Below the pieces are notes generated by a model. The model was not told the DNA's origin and did no database searches. It saw only the letters and a program-made list of their open reading frames with translations. A stretch of DNA of 64,000 bases from an uncultured Ectothiorhodospiraceae bacterium (GTDB taxonomy: Bacteria; Pseudomonadota; Gammaproteobacteria; JAABTG01). The stretch lies in contig CALMKJ010000025.1 of the NCBI GenBank assembly GCA_937867305.1, positions 137,774 to 201,773 of the forward strand, in the 5' to 3' direction. This document shows, one piece after another, positions 27,909 to 43,300 of this stretch; positions within the stretch are counted from its first letter, which is position 1, and each line of letters begins with the position of its first letter. Made by a program: the position numbers and the translations under genes.

Positions 27909-28877
27909 TCAGTGCGTGCGTCGGACCGAGAACTCGGCCAGCGCTCGCAGGGCCTCTTTATAGGGAGAATCTGGGATCTCCTCGAGGGCGGCGATCGCGC
28001 GATCCGCATGCTCCCGCGCGACGCGCAGAGTGTACGCGAGGGCCCCTGTGGATTCAATCGCTTCCAGGATGGGCCCGATCTGTTCGCGGCCGCCTTCCTC
28101 GATGGCCCGGCGCACGAGCGCGGCCTGCCCGGGTGTCCCGGCGCGCATCGCGTGGATGAGGGGCAGGGTCGGCTTGCCCTCGGCCAGGTCGTCGCCGATG
28201 TTCTTGCCCGTCTCCTCCGGGGAGGAGCGGTAATCCAGCATGTCGTCCACCAACTGGAAGGCGGTGCCGAGACGCATGCCGTAGGTGGCCATCGCCCGCT
28301 CCGCGGAGGGCGCGGCGCCGGCGAGCACGGGCCCGAGCCGGGAGCCGGCCTCGAAGAGCTTCGCCGTCTTGGCCTCCACGACCTCCAGGTAGCGCGCCTC
28401 CGTGACCTCCGGGTCGTGGCAGTTCAGGAGCTGACGGACCTCGCCCTCGGCGATGACGTTGGTGGTTTCGGCGAGGATGTCCATCACCGGCAGGCTCCCC
28501 ACCTCGACCATCATCTGGAAGGCCCGGGTATACAGGAAGTCCCCCACCAGGACGCTCGCCTCGTTGCCCCAGACCGCGTTGGCGGTCTCCTGGCCGCGGC
28601 GCAGCTCGGATGCGTCCACCACGTCGTCGTGCAGCAGGGTGGCGGTGTGGATGAATTCGATCACCGCCGCGAGGTTGATGTGGAAGGGCCCCGCGTACCC
28701 GAGCGCGCGGGCGCTGAGCAGCACGAGCAGCGGGCGCAGCCGCTTGCCGCCGCTGTCGATGATGTAGTGGCCCAGCCGGTTGACGAGGGTGACCTGGGAC
28801 CGCAGGCGCTCGAGGATCAGGTCGTTCACGACAGACATGTCGCGTGCGACCAGCGCGCGTACCTCGTCGATCTGCAT
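27909..28877 (-). CDS. ispB: Octaprenyl-diphosphate synthase
   Basis: Two DDxxD motifs ('LLHDDVVD', 'LVDDMLDY'). 322 aa. Divergent from rplU as in other gammaproteobacteria. Confidence 0.92.
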   Translation of the reverse strand: MQIDEVRALVARDMSVVNDLILERLRSQVTLVNRLGHYIIDSGGKRLRPLLVLLSARALGYAGPFHINLAAVIEFIHTATLLHDDVVDASELRRGQETANAVWGNEASVLVGDFLYTRAFQMMVEVGSLPVMDILAETTNVIAEGEVRQLLNCHDPEVTEARYLEVVEAKTAKLFEAGSRLGPVLAGAAPSAERAMATYGMRLGTAFQLVDDMLDYRSSPEETGKNIGDDLAEGKPTLPLIHAMRAGTPGQAALVRRAIEEGGREQIGPILEAIESTGALAYTLRVAREHADRAIAALEEIPDSPYKEALRALAEFSVRRTH

Positions 28878-28953
28878 GGTGGGAACCCGAGCGAAGCAGC
28901 GCGGGATGCTAGGAGCGGCGCTCTCCGGCTGTCAAGGCCGGGAAACGGGGCGC

Positions 28954-28982
28954 TTGAGCCGACTGGGGGAATCGCCTAAACT
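28954..28982 (+). promoter_or_regulatory. Candidate sigma-70 promoter for rplU-rpmA
   Basis: TTGAGC (28954-28959), 17-nt spacer, TAAACT (28977-28982). About 70 nt upstream of rplU. Confidence 0.4.
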
Positions 28983-29053
28983 TTCGGGCTTCGTGAAGGC
29001 GCGCCGTTTTGCGGGGGTCCCCGGCAATCGGCCTCGGCAGGGAGAATGGTGGC

Positions 29054-29368
29054 ATGTACGCGGTGATCACGACGGGCGGCAAGCAATACCGGGTCGCGCA
29101 AGGGGATAAGTTGCGCGTCGAGCGGCTTGCCGCGGAACCGGGCGAGCAGGTCGACTTCGACCAGGTCCTGATGGTGGGTGAGGAAGGTGCGGTTCGGGTC
29201 GGCACGCCGTACGTAGAGGGCGGGCGCGTGACGGCGCAGGTGAAGGCCCATGGCCGGGCCGACAAGGTCCGCATCATGAAGATGCGCCGGCGCAAGCACT
29301 ACATGAAGCGGCAGGGTCACCGGCAGGACTACACCGAGATCGAGGTCACCGGCATCACTGCCGGTTGA
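29054..29368 (+). CDS. rplU: 50S ribosomal protein L21
   Basis: [23 protein letters not shown]... Start at internal ATG 29054, preceded by GGAGAATGG. Confidence 0.95.
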   Translation: MYAVITTGGKQYRVAQGDKLRVERLAAEPGEQVDFDQVLMVGEEGAVRVGTPYVEGGRVTAQVKAHGRADKVRIMKMRRRKHYMKRQGHRQDYTEIEVTGITAG

Positions 29369-29387
29369 TTCCGCGGGAGAAGGTGAG

Positions 29388-29645
29388 ATGGCTCATAAAA
29401 AGGCAGGCGGCAGCAGCCGCAACGGTCGCGACTCCCAATCCAAGCGTCTGGGCGTCAAGTGCTTCGGTGGCGAGCTCGTGACGGCGGGCAACATCATCGT
29501 CCGTCAGCGGGGCACCCACTTCCACCCCGGCCCGAACGTCGGCTGTGGCCGTGACCACACGCTGTTCGCCACGGCCGACGGGCGCGTGGTGTTCGAGGAG
29601 AAGGGCCCGAAGAACCGCAAGCACGTGCGCGTCGAGCCGGTCTGA
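29388..29645 (+). CDS. rpmA: 50S ribosomal protein L27
   Basis: [24 protein letters not shown]...; 85 aa. Confidence 0.96.
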   Translation: MAHKKAGGSSRNGRDSQSKRLGVKCFGGELVTAGNIIVRQRGTHFHPGPNVGCGRDHTLFATADGRVVFEEKGPKNRKHVRVEPV

Positions 29646-29670
29646 GCGCCCCCGGTGGGTGCCAGTCTGA

Positions 29671-31889
<2,219 letters not shown>

Positions 31890-31908
31890 CTGGGCGACGC
31901 GAACCGCT

Positions 31909-31926
31909 CGGAGGGCAAGCCCTCCG
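31909..31926. terminator. Hairpin between convergent proB and rpsT (possible bidirectional terminator)
   Basis: Perfect 8-bp palindrome CGGAGGGC-AA-GCCCTCCG. There is no clear U-tract on either strand. Confidence 0.3.
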
Positions 31927-31968
31927 CGCGGGTCAGGTGTTCGATCCGGCCTTCTGCCCCAGTCGGGA

Positions 31969-32241
31969 TCAGGAAGCGGGCTGCATCGCCCGGATGCGGG
32001 CGTTCAAGCGGCTCTTGTGGCGGGCTGCCTTGTTCTTGTGGATGATGCCCTTGTCGGCCATCCGGTCCACGACCGGCACCGCTGCCTGGTACGCCGCCTT
32101 GGCGGCCTCGGCGTCACCGCCGGCGATCGCCGCGACCACCTTCTTCACATACGTGCGCAGCATGGAGCGCTGGGAGGTGTTCTGCTGGCGGCGGTCTTCG
32201 GCCTGCCGGGCCCGCTTCAGGGCCTGGGAATTGTTGGCCAA
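31969..32241 (-). CDS. rpsT: 30S ribosomal protein S20
   Basis: [30 protein letters not shown]...; 90 aa. Confidence 0.95.
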   Translation of the reverse strand: MANNSQALKRARQAEDRRQQNTSQRSMLRTYVKKVVAAIAGGDAEAAKAAYQAAVPVVDRMADKGIIHKNKAARHKSRLNARIRAMQPAS

Positions 32242-32396
32242 GCGTTCTCTCCTGAATCCGTTAAGCTCAAATCAAGGCGCGAAATCATGCCGCGGCGGAG
32301 GCTGCGTGTCAATCTGCGGACGGGGCCCCGGCTCTGCGATAATCACCTCGTTCACCCCCGTCCACGCCACCCCGCGCCCCTGACCGAGGTTCCCCC

Positions 32397-33941
<1,545 letters not shown>

Positions 33942-34015
33942 CGTGCGGGGGGCCCTATAATCGCACCCTTGCGCGGCCGCCGGCCGCGGCCCCTGGCTCC
34001 GATGCGGACCCTCCG

Positions 34016-35011
34016 GTGGAACTGATACGAGGACTGCAGAACCTGCGCCCACGGCACCGTGGCTGCGTCGTGACCATCGGGAATTTCGACGGCGTGCACC
34101 GGGGTCACCGCGCGGTCATGGACCAGTTGGCGGCCCGCAGGGCCCAGTTCGGGCTGCCTTCGGTGGTCATGATCTTCGAGCCCCAGCCCCTCGAGTTCTT
34201 CCGGCCTGACCGATCGCCCCCGCGGCTCACCCGCCTGCGCGAGAAGCTGAGCGCCCTCAACCTCGACATCGTGGACCGTGTGCTCTGCGTGCGTTTCGAC
34301 GAGGAGTTCGCCGCCATCACGGCCGAGGAGTTCGTCGACCGCATTCTCGTGGACGGGCTCGCCGCGCGCTTCGTGCTGGTGGGCGACGACTTCCGCTTCG
34401 GGCAGGGGCGCTCGGGGGACTACGAGTCGCTGCAGGCCGCCGGGCGCCGGCACGGCTTCGACGTGGGTCAGCAGGCGACCTTCGTGATCGACGGGAAGCG
34501 GGTCAGCAGCACCGCGGTGCGCGAGGCCCTGGGCGGCGGCGACCTGGAGCGGGCGGCGACCCTGCTGGGGTACCCCTTCGCGATCCACGGCCGTGTGGCA
34601 CACGGTGACCAACGGGGCCGCACGCTCGGTTACCCCACGGCGAACATTCACCTGCTGCGGCGCGTGGTTCCCCTGCTGGGGGTCTTCGCCTGTCAGGTGC
34701 GGGGCGTGACGAAGCAGCCCGCGCCGGCCGTCGCCAACCTCGGCTACCGGCCCACCATCGCGGGCGGACTGGCCGTGCCCATCCTGGAAGTTCACCTGCT
34801 CGATTTCTCCGGGAACCTGTACGGGCGCCACGTCCGGGTCGAGTTCCTGTACCGGATCCGCGAGGAGCGCAAGTTCGACTCGTACGAAGAGTTGCGGGCC
34901 CAGATCGAGCGCGACGAGGCGCAGGCACGCGCCTTTTTCGACAGCCCCGGCCGAGAGGGCCCTGGCGCAGCGGGAGAGACGACGGCGTGGCCGACTACAA
35001 GAACACCCTGA
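34016..35011 (+). CDS. ribF: Bifunctional riboflavin kinase / FMN adenylyltransferase
   Basis: '[10 protein letters not shown]...[15 protein letters not shown]' aligns with the E. coli RibF N-terminus. Kinase part '[11 protein letters not shown]'. GTG 34016. The upstream part of ORF 33191..35011 lies inside murJ. Confidence 0.9.
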   Translation: MELIRGLQNLRPRHRGCVVTIGNFDGVHRGHRAVMDQLAARRAQFGLPSVVMIFEPQPLEFFRPDRSPPRLTRLREKLSALNLDIVDRVLCVRFDEEFAAITAEEFVDRILVDGLAARFVLVGDDFRFGQGRSGDYESLQAAGRRHGFDVGQQATFVIDGKRVSSTAVREALGGGDLERAATLLGYPFAIHGRVAHGDQRGRTLGYPTANIHLLRRVVPLLGVFACQVRGVTKQPAPAVANLGYRPTIAGGLAVPILEVHLLDFSGNLYGRHVRVEFLYRIREERKFDSYEELRAQIERDEAQARAFFDSPGREGPGAAGETTAWPTTRTP

Positions 35012-37818
35012 ACCTGCCCCAGACGGCCTTTCCCATGCGGGCCAACCTGGCCCAGCGGGAGCCCGAGGCGGTCCGGCGCTGGACCGAGCGCGGACTCTAC
35101 CAACGCCTGCGTGAGGCCCGTGCCGGTCGGCCCCGCTACGTCCTGCACGACGGCCCTCCGTACGCGAACGGCGACATCCACATCGGTCACGCCGTCAACA
35201 AGGTGCTGAAGGACATCATCGTCAAGGCCCGCTCGCTCGACGGCCTGGATGCGCCCTACGTTCCCGGCTGGGATTGCCACGGGCTGCCCATCGAACTGCA
35301 GGTGGAGAAGAAGGTCGGCAAGCCCGGGGAGCGGGTCGACGCTGCGGCCTTCCGCCGGGCCGCGCGGGCCTATGCCCGGGAGCAGGTGGAGCGTCAGCGC
35401 GCGGACTTCGTGCGCCTCGGTGTCCTCGGCGACTGGGAGAATCCCTACCTCACCATGGATTTCGCGGTCGAGGCGGACATCATCCGCGCCCTCGGCCGGA
35501 TCGTCGCGAATGGCCACCTGGACCGCGGCTACAAGCCGGTGCACTGGTGTACCGAGTGCGGCTCGGCGCTCGCCGAGGCCGAGGTCGAATACGAGGACCG
35601 CACCTCGCCCGCCATCGACGTGCGCTTCCGCGTCATCGACGAAGGCTCCTTCCTGGACCGCCTGGAGCTGAACGCGGACGCCGGGCGGGGGCCGATCTCG
35701 GTGCCCATCTGGACCACCACCCCCTGGACGCTTCCGGCCAACCAGGCAGTCGCGCTCAACCCGGACCTGGAGTACGTGCTGGTGCAGGTCACCACGCCGG
35801 CGGGGCCGGAGCGGCTGGTGCTCGCCGAGGGACTCCTGGAGGCGTCGCTCGCCCGCTACGGCGCGGAGGACTACGCGACCCTCGCCTTCGCGAAGGGCGC
35901 GGCCCTCGAGGGCGCCGCGCTTCGCCACCCCTTCTACGAGCGGCCCGTGCCCGTCATCCTCGGTGAGCACGTCACCCTCGATGCCGGCACCGGCGCGGTG
36001 CACACCGCCCCCGGACATGGTCAGGAGGACTTCGTGGTGGGCGCCCGCTACGGGCTCGCGGTGGACAACCCCGTGGACGGCGAGGGCCGCTTCGTCCCCG
36101 GGACCCCAATCTTCGCCGGCGAGCACGTGCTCGCCGCGAACGACCACGTGGTCGCGGTGCTGCGTGAGCGCGGCGCGCTCCTGCACGTGGAGCCGTTCCG
36201 GCACAGCTACCCGCACTGCTGGCGGCACAAGACGCCCATCATCTTCCGCGCCACCCCCCAGTGGTTCATCAGCATGGACCAGGCAGGGCTGCGCCGGCAG
36301 GCGCTGGAGGCGATCCGCGCCGTGGCGTGGGAGCCCGCGTGGGGCGAGGCCCGGATCACGGGGATGATCGAGAACCGCCCCGACTGGTGCATCTCGCGCC
36401 AGCGGACCTGGGGTGTGCCGATCCCGCTGCTGGTGCGGCGCGACACCGGGGCGCTGCACCCCGAGACCCCGAGGCTCATCGAGGAGGTGGCCCGCCGCGT
36501 CGCGGGGCAGGGGATCGAGGCCTGGTTCGAGCTCGACCCGACGGAACTGCTGGGCGCGGAGGCGGGCGATTACGAGAAGGTGCGCGACACCCTGGACGTC
36601 TGGTTCGACTCGGGGGTCACCCACTTCACGGTGCTCGAGCGCCGGGCGGGGCTCGCCTTCCCGGCGGACCTGTACCTGGAAGGCTCGGACCAGCACCGGG
36701 GTTGGTTCCAGTCCTCGCTGCTCAGCTCCGTCGCGATGCGGGGCGTCGCGCCCTACCGGGCGGTGCTGACCCACGGCTTCACCGTGGACGCCGAGGGCAT
36801 GAAGATGTCCAAGTCCCGCGGCAACGTCGTCGCGCCCCAGGAGGTGGTCAACACGCTCGGCGCCGACGTGCTCCGGCTGTGGGTGGCCGCGACCGACTAC
36901 CGTGCCGAGATGAGCGTGTCCGACGAGATCCTGAAGCGGATGTCGGACTCCTATCGGCGGCTGCGCAACACCGCGCGCTTCCTGCTGGCCAACCTGAACG
37001 GCTTCGACCCCGCGCGAGACACGGTACCTCCCGCCCGGATGCTGCCGCTCGACCGCTGGGCCGTGGACCGCGCCTGGCGCCTGCAGGAGCGGGTGCGCAA
37101 GGCCTACGAGGAGAACCAGTTCCACCTCATCTACCAGATGCTGCACAACTTCAGCACCGTGGACCTGGGGGCGTTCTACCTGGACGTCATCAAGGACCGG
37201 CAGTACACGACGCGCGCGGACAGCCTGGCGCGCCGCTCGGCCCAGACCGCGATGTTCCACATCGCCGAGGCCCTCGTGCGCTGGCTCGCGCCCGTCCTGA
37301 GCTTCACCGCCGAGGAGGTCTGGCAGCACCTGCCCGGTGCGCGCGAGGAGTCCGTCTTCCTGGCCACTTGGTACGAGGGACTCTACCCGCTCGAGGACGC
37401 CGAGATGGGGCCCGCCTTCTGGGACACGGTGATCGCGGTGCGCGAGACGGCGCTGCGCGCCCTCGAGCCCCTGCGCGCGGGCGGTGGGATCGGGTCCTCG
37501 CTCGATGCGGACGTGAGCCTCTACGCCGAGCCCGGACTGCGGCGGGAGCTTGCGAAGCTCGGCGACGAGCTGCGTTTCGTGCTGATCACCTCGAGCGCCC
37601 GCGTGTTTCCCCTGGAGGAGAAGCCCGAGGACGCGGCCATCCACGTCCTGCCGGGGACCGGGGAGATCGGTGTCTCGGCCAGCCGGTCGCCCCACGGGAA
37701 GTGCGTGCGCTGCTGGCACCACCGGGAGGACGTGGGCAGTCACCCGGAGCACCCGGAGCTCTGCGGGCGCTGCGTGGAGAACGTCGCCGGCGACGGCGAG
37801 AAGCGCCGGTTCGCCTGA
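34987..37818 (+). CDS. ileS: Isoleucine--tRNA ligase
   Basis: HIGH '[15 protein letters not shown]', KMSKS '[10 protein letters not shown]', C-terminal Zn motif 'CVRCWHH...CGRC'. 943 aa. Confidence 0.97.
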   Translation: MADYKNTLNLPQTAFPMRANLAQREPEAVRRWTERGLYQRLREARAGRPRYVLHDGPPYANGDIHIGHAVNKVLKDIIVKARSLDGLDAPYVPGWDCHGLPIELQVEKKVGKPGERVDAAAFRRAARAYAREQVERQRADFVRLGVLGDWENPYLTMDFAVEADIIRALGRIVANGHLDRGYKPVHWCTECGSALAEAEVEYEDRTSPAIDVRFRVIDEGSFLDRLELNADAGRGPISVPIWTTTPWTLPANQAVALNPDLEYVLVQVTTPAGPERLVLAEGLLEASLARYGAEDYATLAFAKGAALEGAALRHPFYERPVPVILGEHVTLDAGTGAVHTAPGHGQEDFVVGARYGLAVDNPVDGEGRFVPGTPIFAGEHVLAANDHVVAVLRERGALLHVEPFRHSYPHCWRHKTPIIFRATPQWFISMDQAGLRRQALEAIRAVAWEPAWGEARITGMIENRPDWCISRQRTWGVPIPLLVRRDTGALHPETPRLIEEVARRVAGQGIEAWFELDPTELLGAEAGDYEKVRDTLDVWFDSGVTHFTVLERRAGLAFPADLYLEGSDQHRGWFQSSLLSSVAMRGVAPYRAVLTHGFTVDAEGMKMSKSRGNVVAPQEVVNTLGADVLRLWVAATDYRAEMSVSDEILKRMSDSYRRLRNTARFLLANLNGFDPARDTVPPARMLPLDRWAVDRAWRLQERVRKAYEENQFHLIYQMLHNFSTVDLGAFYLDVIKDRQYTTRADSLARRSAQTAMFHIAEALVRWLAPVLSFTAEEVWQHLPGAREESVFLATWYEGLYPLEDAEMGPAFWDTVIAVRETALRALEPLRAGGGIGSSLDADVSLYAEPGLRRELAKLGDELRFVLITSSARVFPLEEKPEDAAIHVLPGTGEIGVSASRSPHGKCVRCWHHREDVGSHPEHPELCGRCVENVAGDGEKRRFA

Positions 37819-38289
37819 GTGCGCTGGCTCTGGCTCTCCGCGGCCGTCGTCGCGCTCGACCAGCTGAGCAAGTGGCTCGCGAGCGCGCTGCTCGTGTTCC
37901 ACGAGCCGCTGCCCCTCGTGCCGTTCGTGAACCTGACGCTCACCCACAATACGGGCGCGGCGTTCAGCTTCCTCAGCGAGGCCGGGGGCTGGCAGCGGTG
38001 GTTCTTTGCCGCGGTGGCCGCCGGGGTCAGCGTGGCCGTCGTGCTCTGGATGCGCCGCGTGCCTCGCGGTGAGTGGTGGGTTTCCGCGGCCCTCGCGCTG
38101 GTGCTCGGCGGGGCCATCGGCAACCTCGGCGACCGGCTGGTCCTCGGCCACGTGGTGGACTTCATCGACGTGTTCTACGGGCGCTGGCACTGGCCGGCGT
38201 TCAATCTGGCGGACTCGGCGATCACCGTGGGCGTCGCGGTGCTGCTGGTGGACGCCCTGCGCGGGCAGGGGCAGGGGCGGCGCACGTGA
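37819..38289 (+). CDS. lspA: Lipoprotein signal peptidase (signal peptidase II)
   Basis: 'NTGAAFSF', 'VVDFIDVFYGRWHWPAFNLADSAI'. GTG immediately after the ileS stop. Confidence 0.9.
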   Translation: MRWLWLSAAVVALDQLSKWLASALLVFHEPLPLVPFVNLTLTHNTGAAFSFLSEAGGWQRWFFAAVAAGVSVAVVLWMRRVPRGEWWVSAALALVLGGAIGNLGDRLVLGHVVDFIDVFYGRWHWPAFNLADSAITVGVAVLLVDALRGQGQGRRT

Positions 38290-38741
38290 CTCCGGTCGAC
38301 TACGGCGCCCGGGTGGTCCTGCGGTACCGGCTGTCGCTTGCCGACGGGACACTGGTGGACGCGAGCGAGGAGGGTGACCCGCTCGTCCTCACGGTTGGCG
38401 ACGGGACCCTCGAAGAGGGTCTCGAGGCGCTCCTGCTGGGCCTCGGGGCCGGCGCCCGCGCCACCTTCCACCTGGCCCCCGGGCAGGCGTTCGGTCTGCC
38501 GGACCCCGAGGCCGTGCACCTCCTGCCACGGGCGGACTTCCCGGAGGGAATGGCGCTCGAGGCCGGGACGGTGGTGGCCTTCACGGCCCCCTCGGGCCTC
38601 GAGGTGGCGGGCACGGTCCTGGAGGCCGGGGAGGGCGGGGTCCGGGTCGACTTCAGCCACCCGCTCGCGGGACGCTCCCTCGTCTTCGAGGTGGAGGTTC
38701 TGGAGGTCCACGCGAAGGACCGCGGCAGCCCGGGCGGATGA
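38286..38741 (+). CDS. fkpB: FKBP-type peptidyl-prolyl cis-trans isomerase (SlpA/FkpB-like)
   Basis: '[16 protein letters not shown]...[15 protein letters not shown]...[20 protein letters not shown]'. GTG 38286 overlaps the lspA stop. lspA-fkpB-ispH order is conserved. Confidence 0.8.
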   Translation: MTPVDYGARVVLRYRLSLADGTLVDASEEGDPLVLTVGDGTLEEGLEALLLGLGAGARATFHLAPGQAFGLPDPEAVHLLPRADFPEGMALEAGTVVAFTAPSGLEVAGTVLEAGEGGVRVDFSHPLAGRSLVFEVEVLEVHAKDRGSPGG

Positions 38742-38800
38742 AGACGTTCGCCAACGCCGGTTCTGCGCCCGCAGCCACGAACGACTCGCGACAGAACGCC

Positions 38801-39739
38801 ATGCAAGTGACTCTCGCCAACCCCCGCGGCTTCTGCGCTGGTGTCGACCGGGCCATCGCCATCGTGGAGCGCGCGCTCGACCGCTTCGGGCCCCCGGTGT
38901 ACGTCCGCCACGAGGTGGTCCACAACCGCTACGTGGTGGACAGCCTGCGGGCCCGGGGGGCGGTGTTCGTGGACGACCTCGCCGAGGTCCCCGAGGGGGC
39001 CACCCTCATCTTCAGCGCCCACGGGGTGCCGCTCGGGGTGCAGGAGGAGGCCGCGCGGCGCAACCTGCGGGTCTTCGACGCCACCTGCCCCCTGGTGACC
39101 AAGGTCCACAACGAGGTCGTCCGGTATCTGCGGGAAGGCTTCGAGGTCGTGCTGATCGGCCACGCCGGCCACCCGGAGGTGGAGGGCACGCTCGGGCAGG
39201 CCGCGGGCGCGGGGGAGGGGGCGGGCGCGATGCACCTGGTGGAGACCCCCGCCGACGTGGCGCGAGTCCACGTTCGCGACCCCCAGCAGGTCGCCTACGT
39301 GACCCAGACCACCCTCTCGGTGGACGACACCGCAGAGGTCATCCGGGCGCTGCGCGAGCGCTTCCCCGCCATCGTGGGACCGCGCAAGGACGACATCTGT
39401 TACGCGACCCAGAATCGCCAGAACGCCGTGCGCGACTTGGCCCGGCAGGCCGACGTGGTGCTGGTGGTCGGCTCGCGCAACAGCTCGAACTCCAATCGGC
39501 TGCGGGAGATCGCCGAGAAGGCGGGCAAGGCTGCCTACCTGGTGGACGGTCCCGAGGACGTGCGTCCGGAGTGGGTGGCGGGGTGCGCGGTGGTTGGCAT
39601 CACCGCCGGGGCCTCCGCCCCGGAGAGCCTGGTGCAGGGGGTGGTCGCCCGCCTGCGCGCCTGGGGCACGGGGCAGGTCGTCGAGGTGGATGCAGAGCCG
39701 GAGGACGTCTCCTTCGGGCTGCCGCGGGAGCTGCTGTAG
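38801..39739 (+). CDS. ispH: 4-hydroxy-3-methylbut-2-enyl diphosphate reductase
   Basis: '[19 protein letters not shown]' aligns with the E. coli/Pseudomonas IspH N-terminus. Also 'HEVVHN', 'SAHGV', 'TCPLVTKVH', 'SSNSNRL'. An alternative ATG 38738 (ATGA overlap with fkpB) would add 21 aa. Confidence 0.92.
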   Translation: MQVTLANPRGFCAGVDRAIAIVERALDRFGPPVYVRHEVVHNRYVVDSLRARGAVFVDDLAEVPEGATLIFSAHGVPLGVQEEAARRNLRVFDATCPLVTKVHNEVVRYLREGFEVVLIGHAGHPEVEGTLGQAAGAGEGAGAMHLVETPADVARVHVRDPQQVAYVTQTTLSVDDTAEVIRALRERFPAIVGPRKDDICYATQNRQNAVRDLARQADVVLVVGSRNSSNSNRLREIAEKAGKAAYLVDGPEDVRPEWVAGCAVVGITAGASAPESLVQGVVARLRAWGTGQVVEVDAEPEDVSFGLPRELL

Positions 39740-39817
39740 GCGGAACCTTCCTCCGCGTCTCTGTGTCTCTGCGGTTCACAACCCCCTGCCGGCGCAGCGA
39801 TGCCCGTGGCCTGCAGG

Positions 39818-40270
39818 CTAGCGCTCCCAGGTGTCTTCGCCCTCCTCGTATTTGACTTCGCCGTCGTGGTTCCGAGCCCAGCCTCGCCGGCCGGCGGAGT
39901 CGAGCTCCAGGATTCCGGTGCCGGCCACGACGGTCTCTGCACGCGGCGTAGCGCGCAGCCTGTAGTAAGTGCCGTTCGCCTCCTCGATTCTCAGGCGGTA
40001 GTAGAGTTTCGTCTCGGGCTCGTCGACGGGTGACCACATCGGATACAAGGTGCCCCCATCGGGCGGAAAGCCCTCGTAGGTGTTGTGGTCCGAGAACCAC
40101 TGCTCCATCACCGCCGCCAGGCCGGTGAGCGCCCCCTGGGCGTCGGCGCGCGCCGCGCGGCGCACGTACTCCGTGTAGGACGGGTAGGCGATGGCCGCGA
40201 GGATCCCGACGATGGCCACCACGATCATCAGCTCGATCAGGGTGAAGCCCGCAGGGAGGCGCCCTTTCAT
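39818..40270 (-). CDS. pilE: Type IVa minor pilin PilE
   Basis: Prepilin leader and N-methylation site 'MKGRLPAG|FTLIELMIVVAIVGILAAIAYPSY'. 150 aa. The longer ORF 39818..41191 runs into pilY1 and is rejected. Confidence 0.85.
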   Translation of the reverse strand: MKGRLPAGFTLIELMIVVAIVGILAAIAYPSYTEYVRRAARADAQGALTGLAAVMEQWFSDHNTYEGFPPDGGTLYPMWSPVDEPETKLYYRLRIEEANGTYYRLRATPRAETVVAGTGILELDSAGRRGWARNHDGEVKYEEGEDTWER

Positions 40271-40338
40271 CCGCCTTCCAGGCTCGTGCGGCTTCCCGAC
40301 GAGGGCGCGGTGCTGCCGGGTGGTGTTCGACACGCGGA

Positions 40339-43300
40339 TCACTCCTGGAACCAGTAGGTCGGGACGGGTCCGATGGAGAGCTCGGGGTTGACTGCCTCCA
40401 CGCCGCCGCCTACGCCGATGAGCAGGGTTACCCCCTCTTTCTGGAAGATGGGCACCGCACCCGAAGGAATGCCAGCGGCCAACCCGTACACACGGTCCTT
40501 GACGGTGACCTCGCTCAGGGTGTCCCAGTTGAACTTCGGCTCCGCGTTGAGGACGTCGAGGCCGTAGAGGCGTCCCCCGCCCTCCATCAACTGACACACG
40601 TCCCCCAGTTGTGTGGGCTGCGGGGTGAAGGTCGTGAGGAAGAGTTTGCCGGCCAGCACGACCGGCGACGAAAGCCCCTTCTCGCCGGGCTCGGTCAAGC
40701 GCAGATACCACCCCGCCGCGCTGCGCAAGCGGGAAAGATTCGTCGTGCCTCCGGCCTCGACATCGGCCACCTGGGTCGCGTCGAAGAGGTCGCCGGCAAC
40801 GGTTGGTGGACCATCCAGGGGACCCTGCAAAGGAGCGCCCGAAACCAAGGAGCCTGGCGAAGAGTCTCCCACGAGCTTCCTGGGGTACCCATCGGCCATC
40901 CCGTCCCCGTTGCCGTCGTCCATGCGGTTGGAGACGAAATCGCGGAAGGTAAAGAGCCGATCGGTCACCACCTCGCTCAAGGGGTGCTCCCTGTCCCCGC
41001 TCGCAATCGCGACCAGGTCGTAGCGCGAAACCCCCGAATACTTGCTGTCCAGCACCTGCACGACATCCGGCGGATAGAAGAACTTGCGCTTGTCCTTCGG
41101 ACTCTCGCTGCTGGAAACCGTTGCGAGCTTCCCAACGACCGCCTGGATGCCTCCGTCGGTGCCTGGCGTAGGCGACAGGTCCACGCGCCACACCTGGCCC
41201 CCGGTGTCCCCAACGTAGATCCGGTCGGTGGCGCCGTCGCCGTCGGAGTCCATGAGCGTCAGGTCGGACGGGATCGGGTACTGCATGTCCGGGACCTCGA
41301 CGCCCGGCGGGGAGTGAGCGGTGCCGCTGATCCAGTACTTGCGCTCGCCGGTCTCCGGGTCTGCGATGTAGATCGCATTGCCCAGGGGACTCGGGCCGAA
41401 GGCGGTGTCCTGGGACTCGTGGTACCCCCCACCGAAAAGCAGGTACTCCTTGACCTTGCTCCCGCCCTCCCCGCTGCTGCCCACTCGCAACTTCGTGACC
41501 AACGGCTGCGACCAGGTCTGGCCCAGGCTCGGGTAGTGGGCGCTTCCGCCGTCGATGCGCCAGAGGAACGTGGGATAGGTGGGGCCGATGACGCCCGGTT
41601 GGGTTATGGGGCTGCCTGGCGTCACGTCGAGGGCGTAGTAATGACTCCCCCCGCGCCGCATGCCGAAGAGGACACGAACGAAGTCGCCGCTCGAGTCTCC
41701 GATGGTCCCGTCACCGTCTCCGTCCCGTCTCCACGCCGTGGGGGTGCCGTCGATGCCGTACTCGTGTGGACCATTCGGGTTCGCGCGAAGCCGGGCCTGC
41801 ATCGAGAGGGTCTCCGGCGGGTAGAAGATCCATTCCTCCTCGCCGTTCTCCGCGTCGATCATCCGCAACCCCCCATCGTTCGTGCCAACGAAGAGTTTGA
41901 CCACGGGCGCCTTGTCCGTGCCGCCGTAGGTCACGGCGAGCGGGCTCGAGTGCAGGGGGTCGGCGAAGCTGTAGCGGTCCTCCACCCTGTCTTCGTCGCC
42001 ATCCTCGTCGTCCACGTCGACGCCGCGCACCCAATCGATCATCGCCTTGCGGTCGGCCGTGTCCGCATCCGCGTCGAGCCCCAGCATCTCGCGCGTGATC
42101 GAGGAGTTGGAGACGGTCACCCCGTGAGTGAGACCGGAGAGACTGTAGGAAGGTGGCGAGGTGACCACGTAAGTCAGGACACGACGGTCACCGCTGGGCG
42201 GGCCGGCGCGGCCGGCCCCGCCTTCCTGGATCTCATTCCCGTCCCCGGAGCTCCAGAAACTGCTGATGCCAACCTTGATGCGGCCATCAGGCCCGATGGC
42301 CTCCACGCCTTCACGGTCGAGGATCTCGCCGAGACTGCACTCCCTGGTGAAGAACCCACCGGGGCATTCGGACGGATCCGTGCGCAACTGGTATTTCTTG
42401 AGATTGCCGACCCAGCGGATGCGGTCCGAAGGCTCGAACAGAGACAGGTACACGTCGTTGCGGTGGTAGAGCTTGTTGAAGGTGTTTACCGAGACACTCG
42501 GCGCAGCGTAGGACGTGCTGCGATTCAGAATGTCGAGAAAGAACGACTTGAAAGTCTCGGTCAGGTCGGCCGCCGTGGTGGCCGTGCGGAACTGTCCGCC
42601 AGACTCCTTTGCCAGGTCCTTGAGGAATTGGATGGCGTGCACCTGTGCCGGATCGGTGGCGTCCAGGTTGAAGCCGATGGTGTAGGTCGAGACGGTCTGG
42701 TGGCCAGCCAGGGACGACAGTTGATCCTTCTCGTGGAGGAAACGCCCGAGGTCGATGCCGCACTCCTCGGACGACTCCGGAGGCGCGCCTCTGGTGACGG
42801 CCGTCCCATCGGAGAGCTTGGTCTCACAGGAAGACGCGCCGATCATGCTGCGCACGAGGTCTGCCGAATGGTTACTGTTCGCCTCACCATCGGTCAGGAG
42901 GATCACGTAGTTCGAGCCGCACAGCTCCTCGATGGGGGAGACGTAACGGGCATTGCCCTCGATTCTCTCGGTACGGCAGGCCTCAGCGCCGAGATTGGCG
43001 TCTGTGCACCCCTTCTCGCGGACCACCGTGCCACCCTTGTAAGAAGACGGGTGACTCACCCGAGTGTTGAGGGTGGCCGCCTCGCCGTCCGTGCCATCTC
43101 CCCTGAGGGCACCGTGGACGACTCCCTCTGCCCGGTAATAGCGTGCTGCCTCGTAGAGCGTGTCGACGATCGGAGTCCAGCCACCGTGCTGGAGTTCCGT
43201 GACCGTTTGCTTCAACAGTTGTCGGACGCTGGCCGAAGATCCGCCGGAGGATCCCTGCCTGGCCTTGTAAGTGATCCTCAGTATGGGCGCCTGGGCCGGA

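Noticed and set aside
34792-38352. 1,186-aa minus-strand ORF opposite ileS and lspA
   Set aside because: Shadow frame antisense to ileS, which carries unambiguous HIGH and KMSKS motifs on the plus strand.
38738-38800. Alternative ispH start at ATG 38738 (ATGA overlap with fkpB)
   Set aside because: It would add 21 non-conserved residues in front of [15 protein letters not shown], which aligns with the N-terminus of characterised IspH proteins. It is kept only as an alternative.
40271-41191. Upstream extension of the pilE ORF (39818..41191) into pilY1
   Set aside because: The prepilin leader MKGRLPAG|FTLIELM begins at ATG 40270. The extension overlaps the pilY1 3' end in another frame.
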